64,000 bases of DNA from Amoebidium appalachense (lineage: Eukaryota > Protista > Ichthyosporea): assembly GCA_963693365.1 (NCBI GenBank), contig CAVNZM010000013.1:3314722-3378721 (forward strand), read 5' to 3'. Positions 33,435 through 63,091 of this stretch are shown in pieces. Below the pieces are notes generated by a model. That model ran no database searches and was not told the DNA's origin. It worked only from the letters and a program-made list of their open reading frames with translations. The position numbers and the translations under genes were made by a program. The stretch's first letter is position 1. Each line of letters starts with the position of its first letter.

Positions 33435-34001
33435 TAGTAACACTCGGAGAATATTGAATAAAGTAACCTGTGGCCTTTATTTAGTACTAGGACCAGCCAC
33501 CGAGTTGTGGCACCGTCAGTCCTATTTATCCTTATAATTAAAACTCACTTCAGTGCAAAAAGAGTTAGAATGGACTCTGAGAGGACCACTAGATGATGTA
33601 CTGTGTGCGGTATGAGGCCTGTTAATGGTCAGCTCAAACTGGTGACACTTGCTCGAGCGCAAATATGCGGACCCTGGTACTACTCCGAGTCTTGATTCTA
33701 TACTATAATTTGCATTTTTTCCCTCGTTTTGTTTTCCTTCTTGGGCCTCTCCTTCTATTTGTCGAAGTTCCATTTTGCTCCTGGGTCCCCCCCATCCTCC
33801 CCCCCCCCCCCCCCCCCCCCACCACCACCACCACCACCACCACCCTCCTCACACTTGTAGCATGCGTGTGTGCCGATTACGTCGATCAAACACGAATTTC
33901 AAAAGCTGGGAGTACACACACATGTTCATCCAGAAACAAGTCCTGGGGAAGGAGGGAGGGACGGTGGGGGGGCAGGGGGGGTGGGGGTGGGTGGGTGGGT
34001 T

Positions 34002-34034
<33 letters not shown>

Positions 34035-34102
34035 GGGGGAGGATCTGAGGTTATGCTTTAACTAAAGATCTTGTGATCATGACATCCCCCCCCCCCCCCC
34101 CT

Positions 34103-34133
<31 letters not shown>

Positions 34134-34773
34134 CCCCTCCCTTGCCCTCCTCCCCTCCCTCACACATGCACCCGGACACATGGAAACACAGACTCGGACA
34201 CGCGCACCGTCACACAAACACACATGCACACATACCACCATCGCCACCACCACAAAATGATATGCACACACATGGCTCCCATGCAAAATTTTCACCAGAA
34301 GGTTTCTCCATGTATATTTATTTACGTATTTTGGGAATTATTATTATATCCAAGTATCCGCGTTGCTCTGCATACAACAATTCCTGCAACTAATGCATCC
34401 CCGAAATATATTTGTCAATATTCCATTCGTTTGGGGGGGGGGGCAGTACAGACACTGTCTGTTTATATAGTATCTAAATTTGATATTTTTCTGGAAATAT
34501 GGGTCTAAAAACCACTAGGCCATGCAGTATGCGGTATAGCACCACAGCTGTGTTATTTCGAATATTGGCCTTCGTTGTTCGATGTACCTCAAAGCACGCA
34601 ACGGGACATACGGGGAGATATGTTTCAGCGATATTGTTTCTAGATGATTCGATATAAACCCTAACTGCATAATAAAAATTACTGAACTTCGATATAAAAC
34701 TAAAAAAATCGCGCGGTGGCTGGGGCTGGAAAAAAAAAAAAACCACTCCTACTTGTGGTGTGCCTTGTGTGCG

Positions 34774-34834
<61 letters not shown>

Positions 34835-34951
34835 GGTCCCCGGTTGGTCGGGCGACCTAAAGGTGTTTTCCTGCATCCTTCGTTGCATCTAGCATACACG
34901 TCCAATTCCGCCGGTCTCAGCCAATGAAAACATCGCATTTTGGCAAAATTT

Positions 34952-45461
<10,510 letters not shown>

Positions 45462-45984
45462 TATTCCTGCGTGCTTCCCTTTTTCCCAGTTATCGCTACA
45501 ATGAAGATGTGCTCTGTTTGCGCTAGTTTACACTAGGCTCAAATCCTTGAATGATATTAACCATATACTGAGAGCTAATACTAATAGGCCCGGCACGTGC
45601 TGTGTGCTGCATGTGGTGTTGTGTGGTGTGACCACGCATACACAGGCGAGAAGCCTAATCAATAGGCTGACGACATGCCTGCTTACAGTAAATAGTGAAG
45701 TGGTTATTAGTGCAGCGCCTTCGTATTTGGTTCTAATCACCTACTTTTCTTTCCAAATAGTGCCTGAGGTTTTATGCCAATCCTTGTATTTTTTGGCAGA
45801 CTCAGTGTAGAAACCACCTGCCCGAAAAGCAGCAGTGCATCCAGGCAAGGCGTGTATGCAAGGCCGATGATGATTTGTTTTCGAGGTGTATCAGACGTGG
45901 GAAATAACTCTAGGGTAGTAATGGCACATAAACCGTTGACATACACGTAGTAGCCTACGGTTACAAGTTCGGGGAAAAGAGGAG

Positions 45985-46021
<37 letters not shown>

Positions 46022-49000
46022 CGTACGTACTGGGCCTTGGAGTTCTACTGTCGGGATCGCAGCTAATGATTGGCTGTATTCGCATCTATGGTATAAAAGG
46101 AATGCGACTCAGAATACCCCTATGTAGATGCGGGGTGCATAAGAAAGCTTCGAAATCAGAATGTCCTACATCCTAGTAGTATTCGTTTAAGCTGTTAAAA
46201 CACCGGTGCCCTGCTACAATAATTATTTTTACTCATTATTAACCTAAAGACGTTTTTATTTATTTTTAGGTTTAAAGCCGCCTCGCAAAAAAACAAAAAG
46301 TAATTTAAGTAACTACTCCAAATTTATTATTTGGTAAAGAACACAACCTAGGAGATTTCCTTTTCCCCAAGGTTAATGCTACAGCCAATCAAATGGTTTT
46401 ACCCTCTGAGTCTTTCAAAACCCCTAGACCTTATTTTTTCACTGTGGGGGTGTTTCAGCTTCAATTCGAATCCTGACGACCTTACCTCCATTTTGATTAT
46501 ATAATTATGTTACCAGTATGTGCATACCTACTAGAAACTGGCCTAAGAAGCCTTTCTTCCCTAAATTATACGAGTTATAATAATTTGCGTTTCCCTTAGC
46601 CCCTCAAAATTGCTCGTAACTGATTATCCCTGGAAGCTGCAGCAGAGGCGACAATAAATATTTCATCTTATAAGCTTGCTTACAGTAATTGATCATTGAA
46701 TGGCCTGGCCTCATTCACTTTTGTAGTGGGCTAAGATGTTTTTTTTATATAGGGATTTTGTCTTCTTCAAAATTCCTGGAAGCATTCCATATTTCATTTA
46801 AATGATGTCTGTGTCTTTGTAAGTTTTTCCTACTTCAAAAGATTTACCGCTACAGTCAGTCAGTCAGACAGTCACAGTACAGACAAAGTAATGCAATGAG
46901 TATCAGGGGACTCCAAGTGGTGCTTATTAAGCCAATCGATGTCTAGCAAGGCATTAATTTTATTTTTATTTTTAATGACTTACCTTAATTGATGTGCTCA
47001 TAGAAGGTGAAAAGGCGAGATATCGCAGATATCCCGGGGTAAAGAAAGAACCGCTCATGAAAGAAGATACCGGCCAAAAAAAAAATACAAGTTGTTTTAG
47101 ATAACATCGTAACGCAAACAAACTAATGTACAGCACAACTGATAGGAGTCACCTCGGGAAGGATAGGTTCAGAAATAAAGTTCCAAAGAAAGGAGACAGC
47201 TACAACTTGAGACCCAGTCAACCCCCAAAGCGAGAAGCACTCGCGGCCACCATAGTAACCACCATCATGCCGGGCTTCGGAGAAACATGAGGATGACACC
47301 AGATGGAGAGAGGTAGCACACCAGCATATCACAACCGCGTGCCGAAGGCAATCGTAGAACTCAACCCGCAAGAATACAACTGCTCGCAAGTCCCTCCCCA
47401 GCGTTTTTAGGTCGCTCACTAATGAGTCACTATGTAGGTGACACCGGCAGAGAATTCGGAACAGACTTTTTTTTTCCCCAGAGTCTGATTTTTCAAAAAC
47501 GGTTGTTTATGCATATGACCCTTTAGTCTTGGATAAACAAGCAAGCCGAGCACCCAGCGGGGAGTTCTCATGCAGAATAGACTATTATTGTAGAGCCTGA
47601 AAGTGTTGTCGCTATTCTCGAACCTTCCCAAGCGCAAACTGATTCTGAGTTACAGTCCATGGCTCAAAAACGAGCGATCCGCTACGTTCGTTGCTCCCCC
47701 CAGGGTGGAGAGTACCCTAATAGGGTGATTTCGTGAAGAGAACAAAACAAATTACACGATCTCTCGAGTATATCTATAAATAAATGCTGTGCGTAATTTA
47801 TCCAGGAACTGGAAGGTGCATGCTTCAGACTCTGCCACCGGGGACCGTATACTTGCGTGCTCCGCCTGTGAGTGCTGAGCGATAGATCATCGACAACCTC
47901 TCGACCGCCTGGCTGCGTGGGCCACTGTGTAGGTGGCAGGTAACCAAAAGTGAGTGAGTTATTAACAGGAGGGATTGGGAGGGGCTTTTTATTTGGGGAG
48001 GGGGGAGGGGGGGAGCTGGGAGGGGTGGGGATCTTGGGCTATCGATGACTGCATCCCTCCTCCCCCCCCCCCCCCCCGCCCCCCCTCCCCCCCACTTCGG
48101 ATCCCCCTCCTTCAGTACACCTTCCCCTCCTCCCCCTCCCCTCCCCCTCCTCCTCCTTCTTCCACCCGTACACACGCGCCAATCTTTATCCATCTTCCAT
48201 CCACCACCCACCATGGCCAACCGCCAACCTCCTTCAAGTCCCCCCTCCCCTCCCACTCGACAGGCGCACACACAAACCTTTATCTATCTCCCCTCCCCTC
48301 CCCCCCTCCCCCCCCTCCCCCCTTCCCCCCTGGGCCCTCCGCCTCCCTGCCCCACTTTGCTTTGATAAAATCGGCACGACGAGGAAGGAGGCCAGAGGGA
48401 TAACCTGGAGGTTTCGGTCTGTGTTCCTGAGTGTTTAGCGGTATACAATGGAAGGAAGGAGGAGGGAAAAGAGGGGAGGAAGGGGGGGAGGGGGGGGGGG
48501 GGGGGGGGAGGGGTTCACGCGGCGATGTCCCAGAGGAAGAGTCGGAGCATGCTCCTTTCTCGGTCTAATCCTCTTCTCCTGCTCCCCTTTCTTGCAGGCA
48601 GTCGTGCGACACAAATCCCAATACGAATACATTGTGGAGTCCCAGAAGGCCTTCAGTGAAATAGGTGGCCTTACAGAAACTGATCGGTTTCCAACTCTGT
48701 TTGGACCCATCGTGCAACACGCACCAACAAAACATACACAATTACATCACACACACAAATATACCCACACCGCCCTCGTGCCACTACCATAACGTGGTGT
48801 TACTCTTTCCAACACCATGCACCTGTCTGAACCAGATGAAGGAGGGCGGAACCGGGGAGGCCAAAGGAGGGGGGGGGGCGAGGAGGGAAGAGAGGTGGAG
48901 GCAAGAGAGAGAGAAGGGGGGGGGGGGGGGGGGAGGAGGAGGAGGGAGAGAGAGAGAAAGAGAAGGAGAGGGAGGGAGGGAGGGAGGGTGAGAGGGGGGG

Positions 49001-49275
49001 GGGGGGGAGGGGGAGAGAGGAGGGGGAGGGGGGGGAGAGAGAGAGAGAGGGGGGGGAGAGAGAGAGAGAGAGAGAGACCGAGGGGGGGTGGGGGGGAGAG
49101 GGAGGGGAGACAGGGAGGGAGGGAGGGAGGAAGAAAAGGACCACTTACGGTAGAGAGAACACCAGTGGGGAGATAATAGTGCACGGAGACCACGAACCCT
49201 GTTTCATACACAGTTCCATGCTTCCGGCCTGTTTCTCCTAAGTTTTATTTCACGCTTCACCAGGCACCCAGGCGC

Positions 49276-49956
49276 CTAGTCTTTATCAACCACAGCTCGT
49301 AAGTTCTTTGCCGCCATACGCACCAACTTTGCTATCCGTTCCTCCCTGGTATTTTCTCTCTTTGCACTCCCCACCCAGAACAGCATCACTTTTTTCGCTG
49401 AAGGAGCAAACTTTTCAAAATTTTCGCTCGCTTTCTTATTCTTCGACAATGAAACAATCAAATCCTCTGGAATCACCATGGCATCCATATCATTCAAGCT
49501 ATCCCAAGACCCATCCTTCTTGGCTTGCTCTATTTTTACCAATCCGTGCTGGGTCATCAACCCAGATTCAACCAGTCTTTCAACTCTTTTCTTGTTCACC
49601 CTCGACCACACACTCTTTTTTTTCCTTGGACAATACCACTGCTTATACCTCGTACCATCCACCTTACCAGCACGGCTGTCAATCCATCCAAAACATAAAG
49701 CCTCTTCCACACCGTCGTCATAAGTGATGTTCACACCTCCGTTTCCGGTTGTGGTTTTCTTGTCATACACAACGAAAATTCCGTTGCATGTTGAGTGGTT
49801 TTCTTGAAGCCACGTTCTCCATTCCTCTCTGTTCGCCGGATATAAATGGTTTTCTGGAAGACCATTGGAAAGGGCATGGCTGGAGGACCCTTTGGAAGCA
49901 TAAACGGCGTTTTTTGTGGTACGTTTCCTGGTCAGGGTGGTTCTGATTTTTGGCAT
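49276..49956 (-). CDS. YdeI/OmdA (bacteriocin-protection, OmpD-associated) family protein, intronless
   Basis: REEWRTWLQENH...YDKK...ITYDDGVEEALCFGWIDS...PRKKKSVWSRVNKKRVERLVESGLM...GL..IEQAKKDGSWD...IPEDL...F..FAPS.KK..L.WV.SAKR..TR..RI is the typical YdeI signature. The first in-frame ATG is at 49956. Confidence 0.9.
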   Translation of the reverse strand: MPKIRTTLTRKRTTKNAVYASKGSSSHALSNGLPENHLYPANREEWRTWLQENHSTCNGIFVVYDKKTTTGNGGVNITYDDGVEEALCFGWIDSRAGKVDGTRYKQWYCPRKKKSVWSRVNKKRVERLVESGLMTQHGLVKIEQAKKDGSWDSLNDMDAMVIPEDLIVSLSKNKKASENFEKFAPSAKKVMLFWVGSAKRENTREERIAKLVRMAAKNLRAVVDKD

Positions 49957-50680
49957 GCTGATGGCACGATGGTAGGTGTAATGGCGGAAACTTGTGTTTT
50001 GATGAGGAGAGTAGCTTATTATCAAAATCCTTTATAATTTATACTCCTCGACTATTGAATAACCTGCTATTGTGCTTTTGTTAGCCGTTGAAGGAGGCAA
50101 ATTTATCCGTACCATTCGTTTTTTTTTGCCATAGGATGTTTTGAACAGTGCAGGTTCTTTCTGCTCAGACAACAACCTCTGTATCGCCCAGGTGTAGCAC
50201 TGAGCAAAAACGTGGGCGGATGATTGTTACGTTGTGTATATTTTTGTGGCTGTGTGATCTCGTAGTCCCTGCGCCAACACACTATAATAATCAGTCACAG
50301 GGCTACTCCCAAAATTCTGAAGGCCCTCAAAACAAATGCACTCTTGAACTCGTCTGAACTCGCACTTGTACAAGCAGAAAATCGGCGGGTACATGACGTG
50401 ACCTTCAACCACTATCTGTCGTGTTCTATAGCCTTGATGCGTTTTAACCCAATCACTAAATTTCAGCTTCTGCCATTCATCCAATGTTTCTTCTGAAAAT
50501 ATTTTTGATTTGCCACATTATGTTTTTGTCGACGTCCAAAGAGCATGTTGCAGCTGCACCTTGCAAAGAAGCTTGTCTCACATGCCAACTTGCAAGGAAC
50601 GGAGCAATTGCAAGAGCTGGGGCCCGGGAGCGACTGTGGAATATAAATGTAGTGGTGGTGATCGTGGTGGTGCCGCGGTG

Positions 50681-50726
<46 letters not shown>

Positions 50727-50752
50727 TGGTGGTGGTGGTGGTGGTGGTGGGT

Positions 50753-50799
<47 letters not shown>

Positions 50800-51667
50800 C
50801 TTCCAATCCTGATTCGGTCGATGTTGATCAACACAACACAAACAAAGTCGTGGCACACGCACATGCACACACCGTCACACTGTACGCAGACACGCACACA
50901 CCCAAACACACCCAAACACGTCCACACGCGTGTACATACGCAAAAGTTTAAGCACGTGCGCACACACGCCACACACACCATGTACATGTTTAACAAAGCA
51001 CCGGACCGGGCGGGTAACAGCGCAAATTCGAGCTATGTCAGAAATTAAAGGGACACTGCAGGACGGAACAAGTCGCACCCACATTTACACTCACACGTCA
51101 ACACACACCTAATCCCTTGCAACATAGCCACACTTAAACACGTGCCCGCACATACATACACTTACATACATGCAAACTCGCACGAACATAGCACTTGTGC
51201 ACAGTACAAATCAAAACGTCAGTAAAAATAAATGCAACAGAAAAAAAAAAAAAACGAAAAGGTAGGTTCAGTATTCGCTTAACGCAACCGGCCTTGGGCT
51301 ACCGAATCCTGCCTGCACAGCAGGGCACTTTTTTCTTTATTCACAGTGAACAGACAGTTCTACAAAAGGAAACGACAAGTTGAAGAAGGAGGAGAAGAAA
51401 AAACATGAGCAAACTTTAACCATGTGCCTGTTAAATAATCATTACAGAAGCAACAGCCAAACAGCCACCAAAGGCCATGCATGATTCATATATGGAGTCT
51501 CATCTAAATGGACTAATAGAGTGCAGGAGTATCTTTCCAACTAAATGATGTCAATCCATACATGCGCCTCCTCCCCCCCCTCCCCCCCCCTCCCCCCCCC
51601 CCCCCCCCCCCCCCCCCCCGCCGCCTTGACTATAACTGTTTATTATTTAGCACGCATTCACTTCGAT

Positions 51668-51710
<43 letters not shown>

Positions 51711-51782
51711 AAAAGAAGAAATATGTCTCAACTTACCCAGCAGCCCAATAGCACTACGTCCCCCCCCCCCCCCCCCCCCTCC

Positions 51783-51843
<61 letters not shown>

Positions 51844-51910
51844 CACAAAAAAGAAGGGGGGGGGGGGGGGGAGAGGGAAACACCACACCCGCCCACACAC
51901 ACACACACAC

Positions 51911-57310
<5,400 letters not shown>

Positions 57311-59616
57311 TGTGTCTTACAATCTCAAAGAAGAGAGACGACGCGTTGAGTGTGAAAAGGGGAAAGAGGAACACAACTGAAGTTGCACGGTTGTGTTTAG
57401 GACTAACGACCCTGTAGGGATCGACCAGGCTGACAGTATCATAGCAGTAAGAACGAAACCGTTGTGAATTTCAAGTTAATAAAGTTGCTCTATATTTTCT
57501 GCTGTCACAAATACTTTTCCCGCTTCAAGGAGAACACTCGTTCTTAAATCGCCTAAACCGAACGACGGCCCGGTTAGTGATACAGTTTTGTTGTGCGTAG
57601 GACAGTTATATTAGCGATGCCAACAAAAGCGTGTATACCAACCTTACTTCAAACACACGCACAACTTATGTATCTAGATTATGCCTTTCATTACTTCTCA
57701 GAAGGAAAAGAAAAAAATCAACCCGATCCAAAACTCTCCATTTCTCTCAGCTGGCACATTCACACACAAGCCTCACACAGCCTCACTCTTGGCGCAAACT
57801 GATGCCTGGTGTGACGTCACTTTTACTTTCATCATCGCACCGGCACTTAGCCACGCTGATATGAAAACCATTTATGGTTATTTTCTATTCGCTTTGGTCA
57901 GCACAGCATTTTGATTGGATGAATATCAGTAAAATCGTTGTTTCAGTTTCGTGATATATCCACCGATCGAACGCGTTGAGTCGTTGTGCTCTTCGGCCTT
58001 CGACACTCATTTCAGTCCGTGTTTTGCATTTTCGGAATATGGTGTATTCTGTTTATTAATGCAGCCATCCATGGTGGCAAAGGCCAGCCTGCTGTCTCAG
58101 GTATACGAGATATGGCTCCGAAGTGTTCTCGTTAAAGCATTTAATGATACTATTACTGAATGAGACATGATCATAGGCGACAAGATAAGAAGTTGTAATT
58201 GATGACACTGCCCAAACTCGATCAAGCAGAAGTTGAATACATAGAACTACAGTGCTCCTTCAGGTATACGTGACCTGCTAACAGATGCACACGTATCTGG
58301 TTTGAGCTGGCGCCAAATCACGACCATCGGCTTTACAAGGTTCCTGGTGCCCTTCAACATATTTCTGGCCCTGGTGTTCTTTCAAATTCCTTTGTAAGTA
58401 GTTGTACGAGTGGAGTCTGTTGTGTGTAAAGTATGTGTGTGTAAATGTGGTCTGCAAAGTACTACCGGTGTGTGTTTGTGACAACAACTATTGCGAGCCT
58501 GCCTGCTTAGCGATGTGCTGGTGCCCGTGTATGTATATGTGTGTGATTAGGCGCGTACATGCGTGTACAACAGTTCTTGCGTGCGCGTATATGAGGTGCG
58601 TGCAGTGTGATGTATTGTAGCTAAGGCTTTGTGCTCGCGGTGAGAAGGCAGGACTTTTTCGAACTCTAGATCTGGCGCGGCTGCTAGTGCTCCCTCAGAT
58701 TAACCCTAAAGTGGTCGGCGCCGGGTGCAGTGCCGTGGTTACTTGTCTCTGGGTGCCAGGGGAGAGGGGGGGGGGGGGGGGGAGGGGGGGGGGGGGGGGG
58801 GGGGGGGGAGGGGGGGAGGAGGGGGGGAGGAGGGAGGAGATGGAAGGGAGGGACAGGAAGAAGTAGACGGGAGGTTTTTCTGCACAGTTGTATATTTCTT
58901 TCGATTTCTGCAATCGCGAAAAGAGATCTCTGATTATGGATGCCTTATTAAGCTTGTTGTCATATGCATGGCCAGCAGCCTGCCGTTTCCTGCAGGATTC
59001 AATGCTTAGCCTGCAACTTCTTCTCACTATTCTGCTTTTTACTGTTCTAAGGTGTATGCATATGTGTGTATGCATATATGTAACGAGCCCCGCAAACTTT
59101 GTGCCTCCTGGCCCAGGCCTCATTCATTGGCCAGATGGTAAGAGGCCTTGCTAGCTTGTAAGAGGCCCAAGTTCGGTGTAAGGCAGTCCTCACGTGCACT
59201 GAGCTCGAGGGGAAATGCGCGAAAGAGCACTGCGGCATGTTCTCCGAGGGCTGGTCCTGTAATAAGATGAGCATCTTTGATGACCAAGCCTCTGTGACCA
59301 CTGGACGGGGCTATCCATCCATGGCCATGGCGACAGTTGTGTCAAAACGGTGTGTGCAAAAGCAAGGCTTCGTTATTCATACGGTTCCTCATGAATTCAC
59401 TACCGTAACGCGTGACTGAGAGCCGGTTTTATGTAGTCCTGTCTACGAATAGTATGCACTTACCGAGAGCGCTCGAGATGATTCATGAGATTCGTCAACT
59501 TTTTATTGCGGCACCTTGAACACGGCTCAATAAAATCCAGCCGATATATATTTGTAAACTTCGATAACTCAGTTTCGAGTACTGCAAAACACTGTGGCCA
59601 AAAAAAATATAATAAT

Positions 59617-60525
59617 ATGATCATGAGCTTCCTCTTCAAAGCTTTCTCTGTCAGCGGCCTTCTACTAACCGCACATGCTGCACCGACCAGTTCACACGCA
59701 GCAAATGACACTTGGAACATCACCCGCAACACACCTTTCGTTGTCGAGACTCTGAGAGTAGCTGAAAACGAAATAGGCTCCCGTATTGTTGGTGGCTTAA
59801 AGACGCTTGCTAAGCCATGGATGGGCTCTCTGGGTTACTTTAACGGCAGCATATACAATCATTACTGTGGTGCTACACTAATAGCGTCCTCTTGGGTACT
59901 TGTAGCTGCCAGTTGCGTGGTCCCACGAACCGGAAAAAACGATGTTATTGTGCTTGGTGTGTCTGATCTCCAACAGGTGAATCGCTACCAAAAATACGCC
60001 ATCTCCCAGCAGATCGTTCACAAGGGGTACAACGCAAGAACAAAGCAGAATGATATTGCCGTATTGCGGTTGAATGTTAGTGTGTCAGGTTGTCTACCAG
60101 TCTCTCTGACAAGCACAGTGGTGGGACCTTTGAGTCTCTTTGCAAACGTGCTCGGATGGAGTGCTAAGGCGATTACCCAGAACAGCACCTCACAAGGAGA
60201 TAGGATACTGCGCGAGTCTGTCTTGCCTCTGGTTATTCCCTACAACTGCGGCTACTCGTACCCAGGCAGCATCAACGGGAATCTGCAGTTGTGTGCTGGA
60301 GGGACAGCGATTGTTGGGGCTTGTTCTACTGATCGAGGCGGGCCTTTATATGTTCCGAGAGGGAGCTCTCTTGGGGGGGTGGTAAAGAGAGATTCGGACG
60401 TACAGATAGGTATCACGAGTTACGCAAAGGCGTGTGGGCAAGCGGGCGTGCCGGCAGTTTTTACAAGGATATCAGCATATATTCCGTGGCTCAAATCTTT
60501 TAGTATACCCATCACTCTGGTCTGA
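59617..60525 (+). CDS. Secreted trypsin-like (S1A) serine protease homolog, predicted catalytically inactive, intronless
   Basis: Signal peptide, activation site R|IVGG, HYCGATLI...WVLVAASC, NDIAVLRL, LCAG, CSTDRGGPL, GITSY..ACG...P.VFTRIS.Y..W. The catalytic His is replaced by Ser and the catalytic Ser by Arg. Confidence 0.9.
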   Translation: MIMSFLFKAFSVSGLLLTAHAAPTSSHAANDTWNITRNTPFVVETLRVAENEIGSRIVGGLKTLAKPWMGSLGYFNGSIYNHYCGATLIASSWVLVAASCVVPRTGKNDVIVLGVSDLQQVNRYQKYAISQQIVHKGYNARTKQNDIAVLRLNVSVSGCLPVSLTSTVVGPLSLFANVLGWSAKAITQNSTSQGDRILRESVLPLVIPYNCGYSYPGSINGNLQLCAGGTAIVGACSTDRGGPLYVPRGSSLGGVVKRDSDVQIGITSYAKACGQAGVPAVFTRISAYIPWLKSFSIPITLV

Positions 60526-61336
60526 GTCGAAACGAGCACACGTGCATGAGCGAGATGTACACAGAGAAGGCTTGCTAGTATTGTGTTATTTTATAAGCAT
60601 GAATGTTTTAGTTCGTTTAAAGCCTCTGAGTCCATCTCTGAAGTAGCTCTGTCGCTTTTGCCTAACGCATTGTTCCTGATTATTTTTATATAGCGGCACA
60701 TGTAGTAAGCAAAAATTTCGTTGCCCAGTGCGCTTCTGACTGAGTCTATGTATACTATATCCTGTATGATATAAACACAAGCCTAGAGTGTATTTTTTGT
60801 ATATATGATATTAGAGAACTTGCTGGCGCTGTACAATACCGTAAGAAAAATACTTTCTGACGGACTAAACGATGCAGGTGTACAACGGAGTTCAAACCAC
60901 CGTGGAGTCCCCACACTCCCCCTCCCCCCCTCCTCGTCCCCCCCTCTCTGACACTCCCCCACCCCCCCACCCCGTGCCCCCGTCCCCAACGCGAATCGAG
61001 TTGCTTCAACGTGCCTATTTCCGGCTGAAAATGACATGTTGGAAACGCTAGGCAGTTCAGGAGTCGAAAGTGGGGCCGTTGTGAAGCCATATGACAGTTT
61101 GTAAATTAACCAACGGCGTGATTTGTACACTTGTGAGGTCCGAAAGTTTACGGTGTCGCCTGCTTTATTTCCTATTTCATCTCGGCTAACGTATACACGC
61201 CCGGGGGGCCCTCCCCTCCCTCCCCCCGCCTTTCTCCCCCCACCCCCCCCCCCTCCTCCCCGCCTGCACACACACATACACACACGCATACGCACACGCA
61301 CGTACACATATACACACACACGCGCACACACACGCG

Positions 61337-61381
<45 letters not shown>

Positions 61382-61533
61382 GCACGCACACACCACACGC
61401 ACACGACACACCTACACACGACACACACGTGTACACACAAGCACACACCGCGCGGATACACACATGAACACACACATCTATATATTTACGCACACGCACA
61501 CGCACACAAACGCGCGCACACACGCACACACGT

Positions 61534-61592
<59 letters not shown>

Positions 61593-61616
61593 GTGGCGCT
61601 CGGGCATACACACACA

Positions 61617-61704
<88 letters not shown>

Positions 61705-63091
61705 CAAGCACGCCCACACACACACACACACACACACACACCTACACACACACACACAGACACACACACACACACGTAACCTTGACCACACAAAACACAC
61801 ACAAAACATACCGTCCCTCCAACAGCCTCGAGCTCGGGCCTCCCGCGGCCCCGCCTCCGATGTGCGAGCTACAGACTGCGGTGACCCGATTGAATACCAG
61901 CAGCAGAACCGTGGTCTAGGAGGAAGCCAACCTCGGGAGTCGGGAGTTAGCTCTGGACCTAACACTGTAACAGTGGCCTATATATCATCACTGGACTCAG
62001 GGTGCTACAGGGCATGTTTAAGGACTAAGCGTTCAGATTATGAACCTACGGGTGTCTGCTACACTGGCTGGCAATGTGACCACTTTAGACTTTTTGTTGA
62101 ATTCTGTTGGTCGTCACATTGAGTATTTATATGATTTTCACACAGTGTTCAGGTATCTCAGTATGCACTTGTTACTGGATAACCGTTCGTGAAGTTTTTT
62201 AATAAAACCGAGTCAAAAGAAGTTTTTTTTATTGTCTTCTCAGTATGCCGTGCATACTTGCATATCTTTCCGTCGAATAAATCCAGTCAAAAGAAAAACA
62301 TTCATGTCTTTTTGATCAAATTTCCTATAAGAGATTTGCGACCCCCAAAGAGTTTAGGGAGTTTGGGGGTTATGGGGGACCGACCCGGCCATCCACGTGC
62401 ACCTGGCTCACGGCGCTGCAGCTGAAATGTTGAAATCTCCGCACGGATGGTATAACGGACCAATCCCGACTTTGACCATATATGGTCAATGTCTTGCAAA
62501 TTTGTCTGGCAGGTGAGTCGTTAAGACATGTATATTCCTAAGATTTTTTTTGACGATTATTCTACTAGCCTACAGTTGAATTAGGCTTTACATGGCAACC
62601 CTTCTCCCCGGGGCTGCTTCTCCAGTCAATAATTGATGGATAACTCGGATCTACGGTGATCACTAAGCGCGCCAAAATCCGACCAATCACCTGAGAGCGC
62701 ACCAAATTATCATTTGAATTTATCCAAGCCTTTCAGTCCAAGGTTGCCAACTTGTGAACGAAAAGCAAATAAAGTCACCTGCATAGGACGATGTTAAACT
62801 CACTTTCTCACTTCTTCCGCATCACGATCTCCGTCGGTTGCATTACAGTATATATATTATATATAATTATAGTCTCAACAGTACAGTGGAATCTCTTGAA
62901 ATTACAAGGGTGCGTAATCGACCAATCAGATCAAGGAATAGAATTCAATAAATTTCGTCCCGTTAGCCCCTACTTATGCCGCCCTCCATGGCAATTGTTG
63001 GAACCATTTTTCAGCTGCCTTCGTCTTCTGTGCGAGCAGCCATGCACTCAAAACACGACCAATTCCATCACACACATATTACACACACAAA

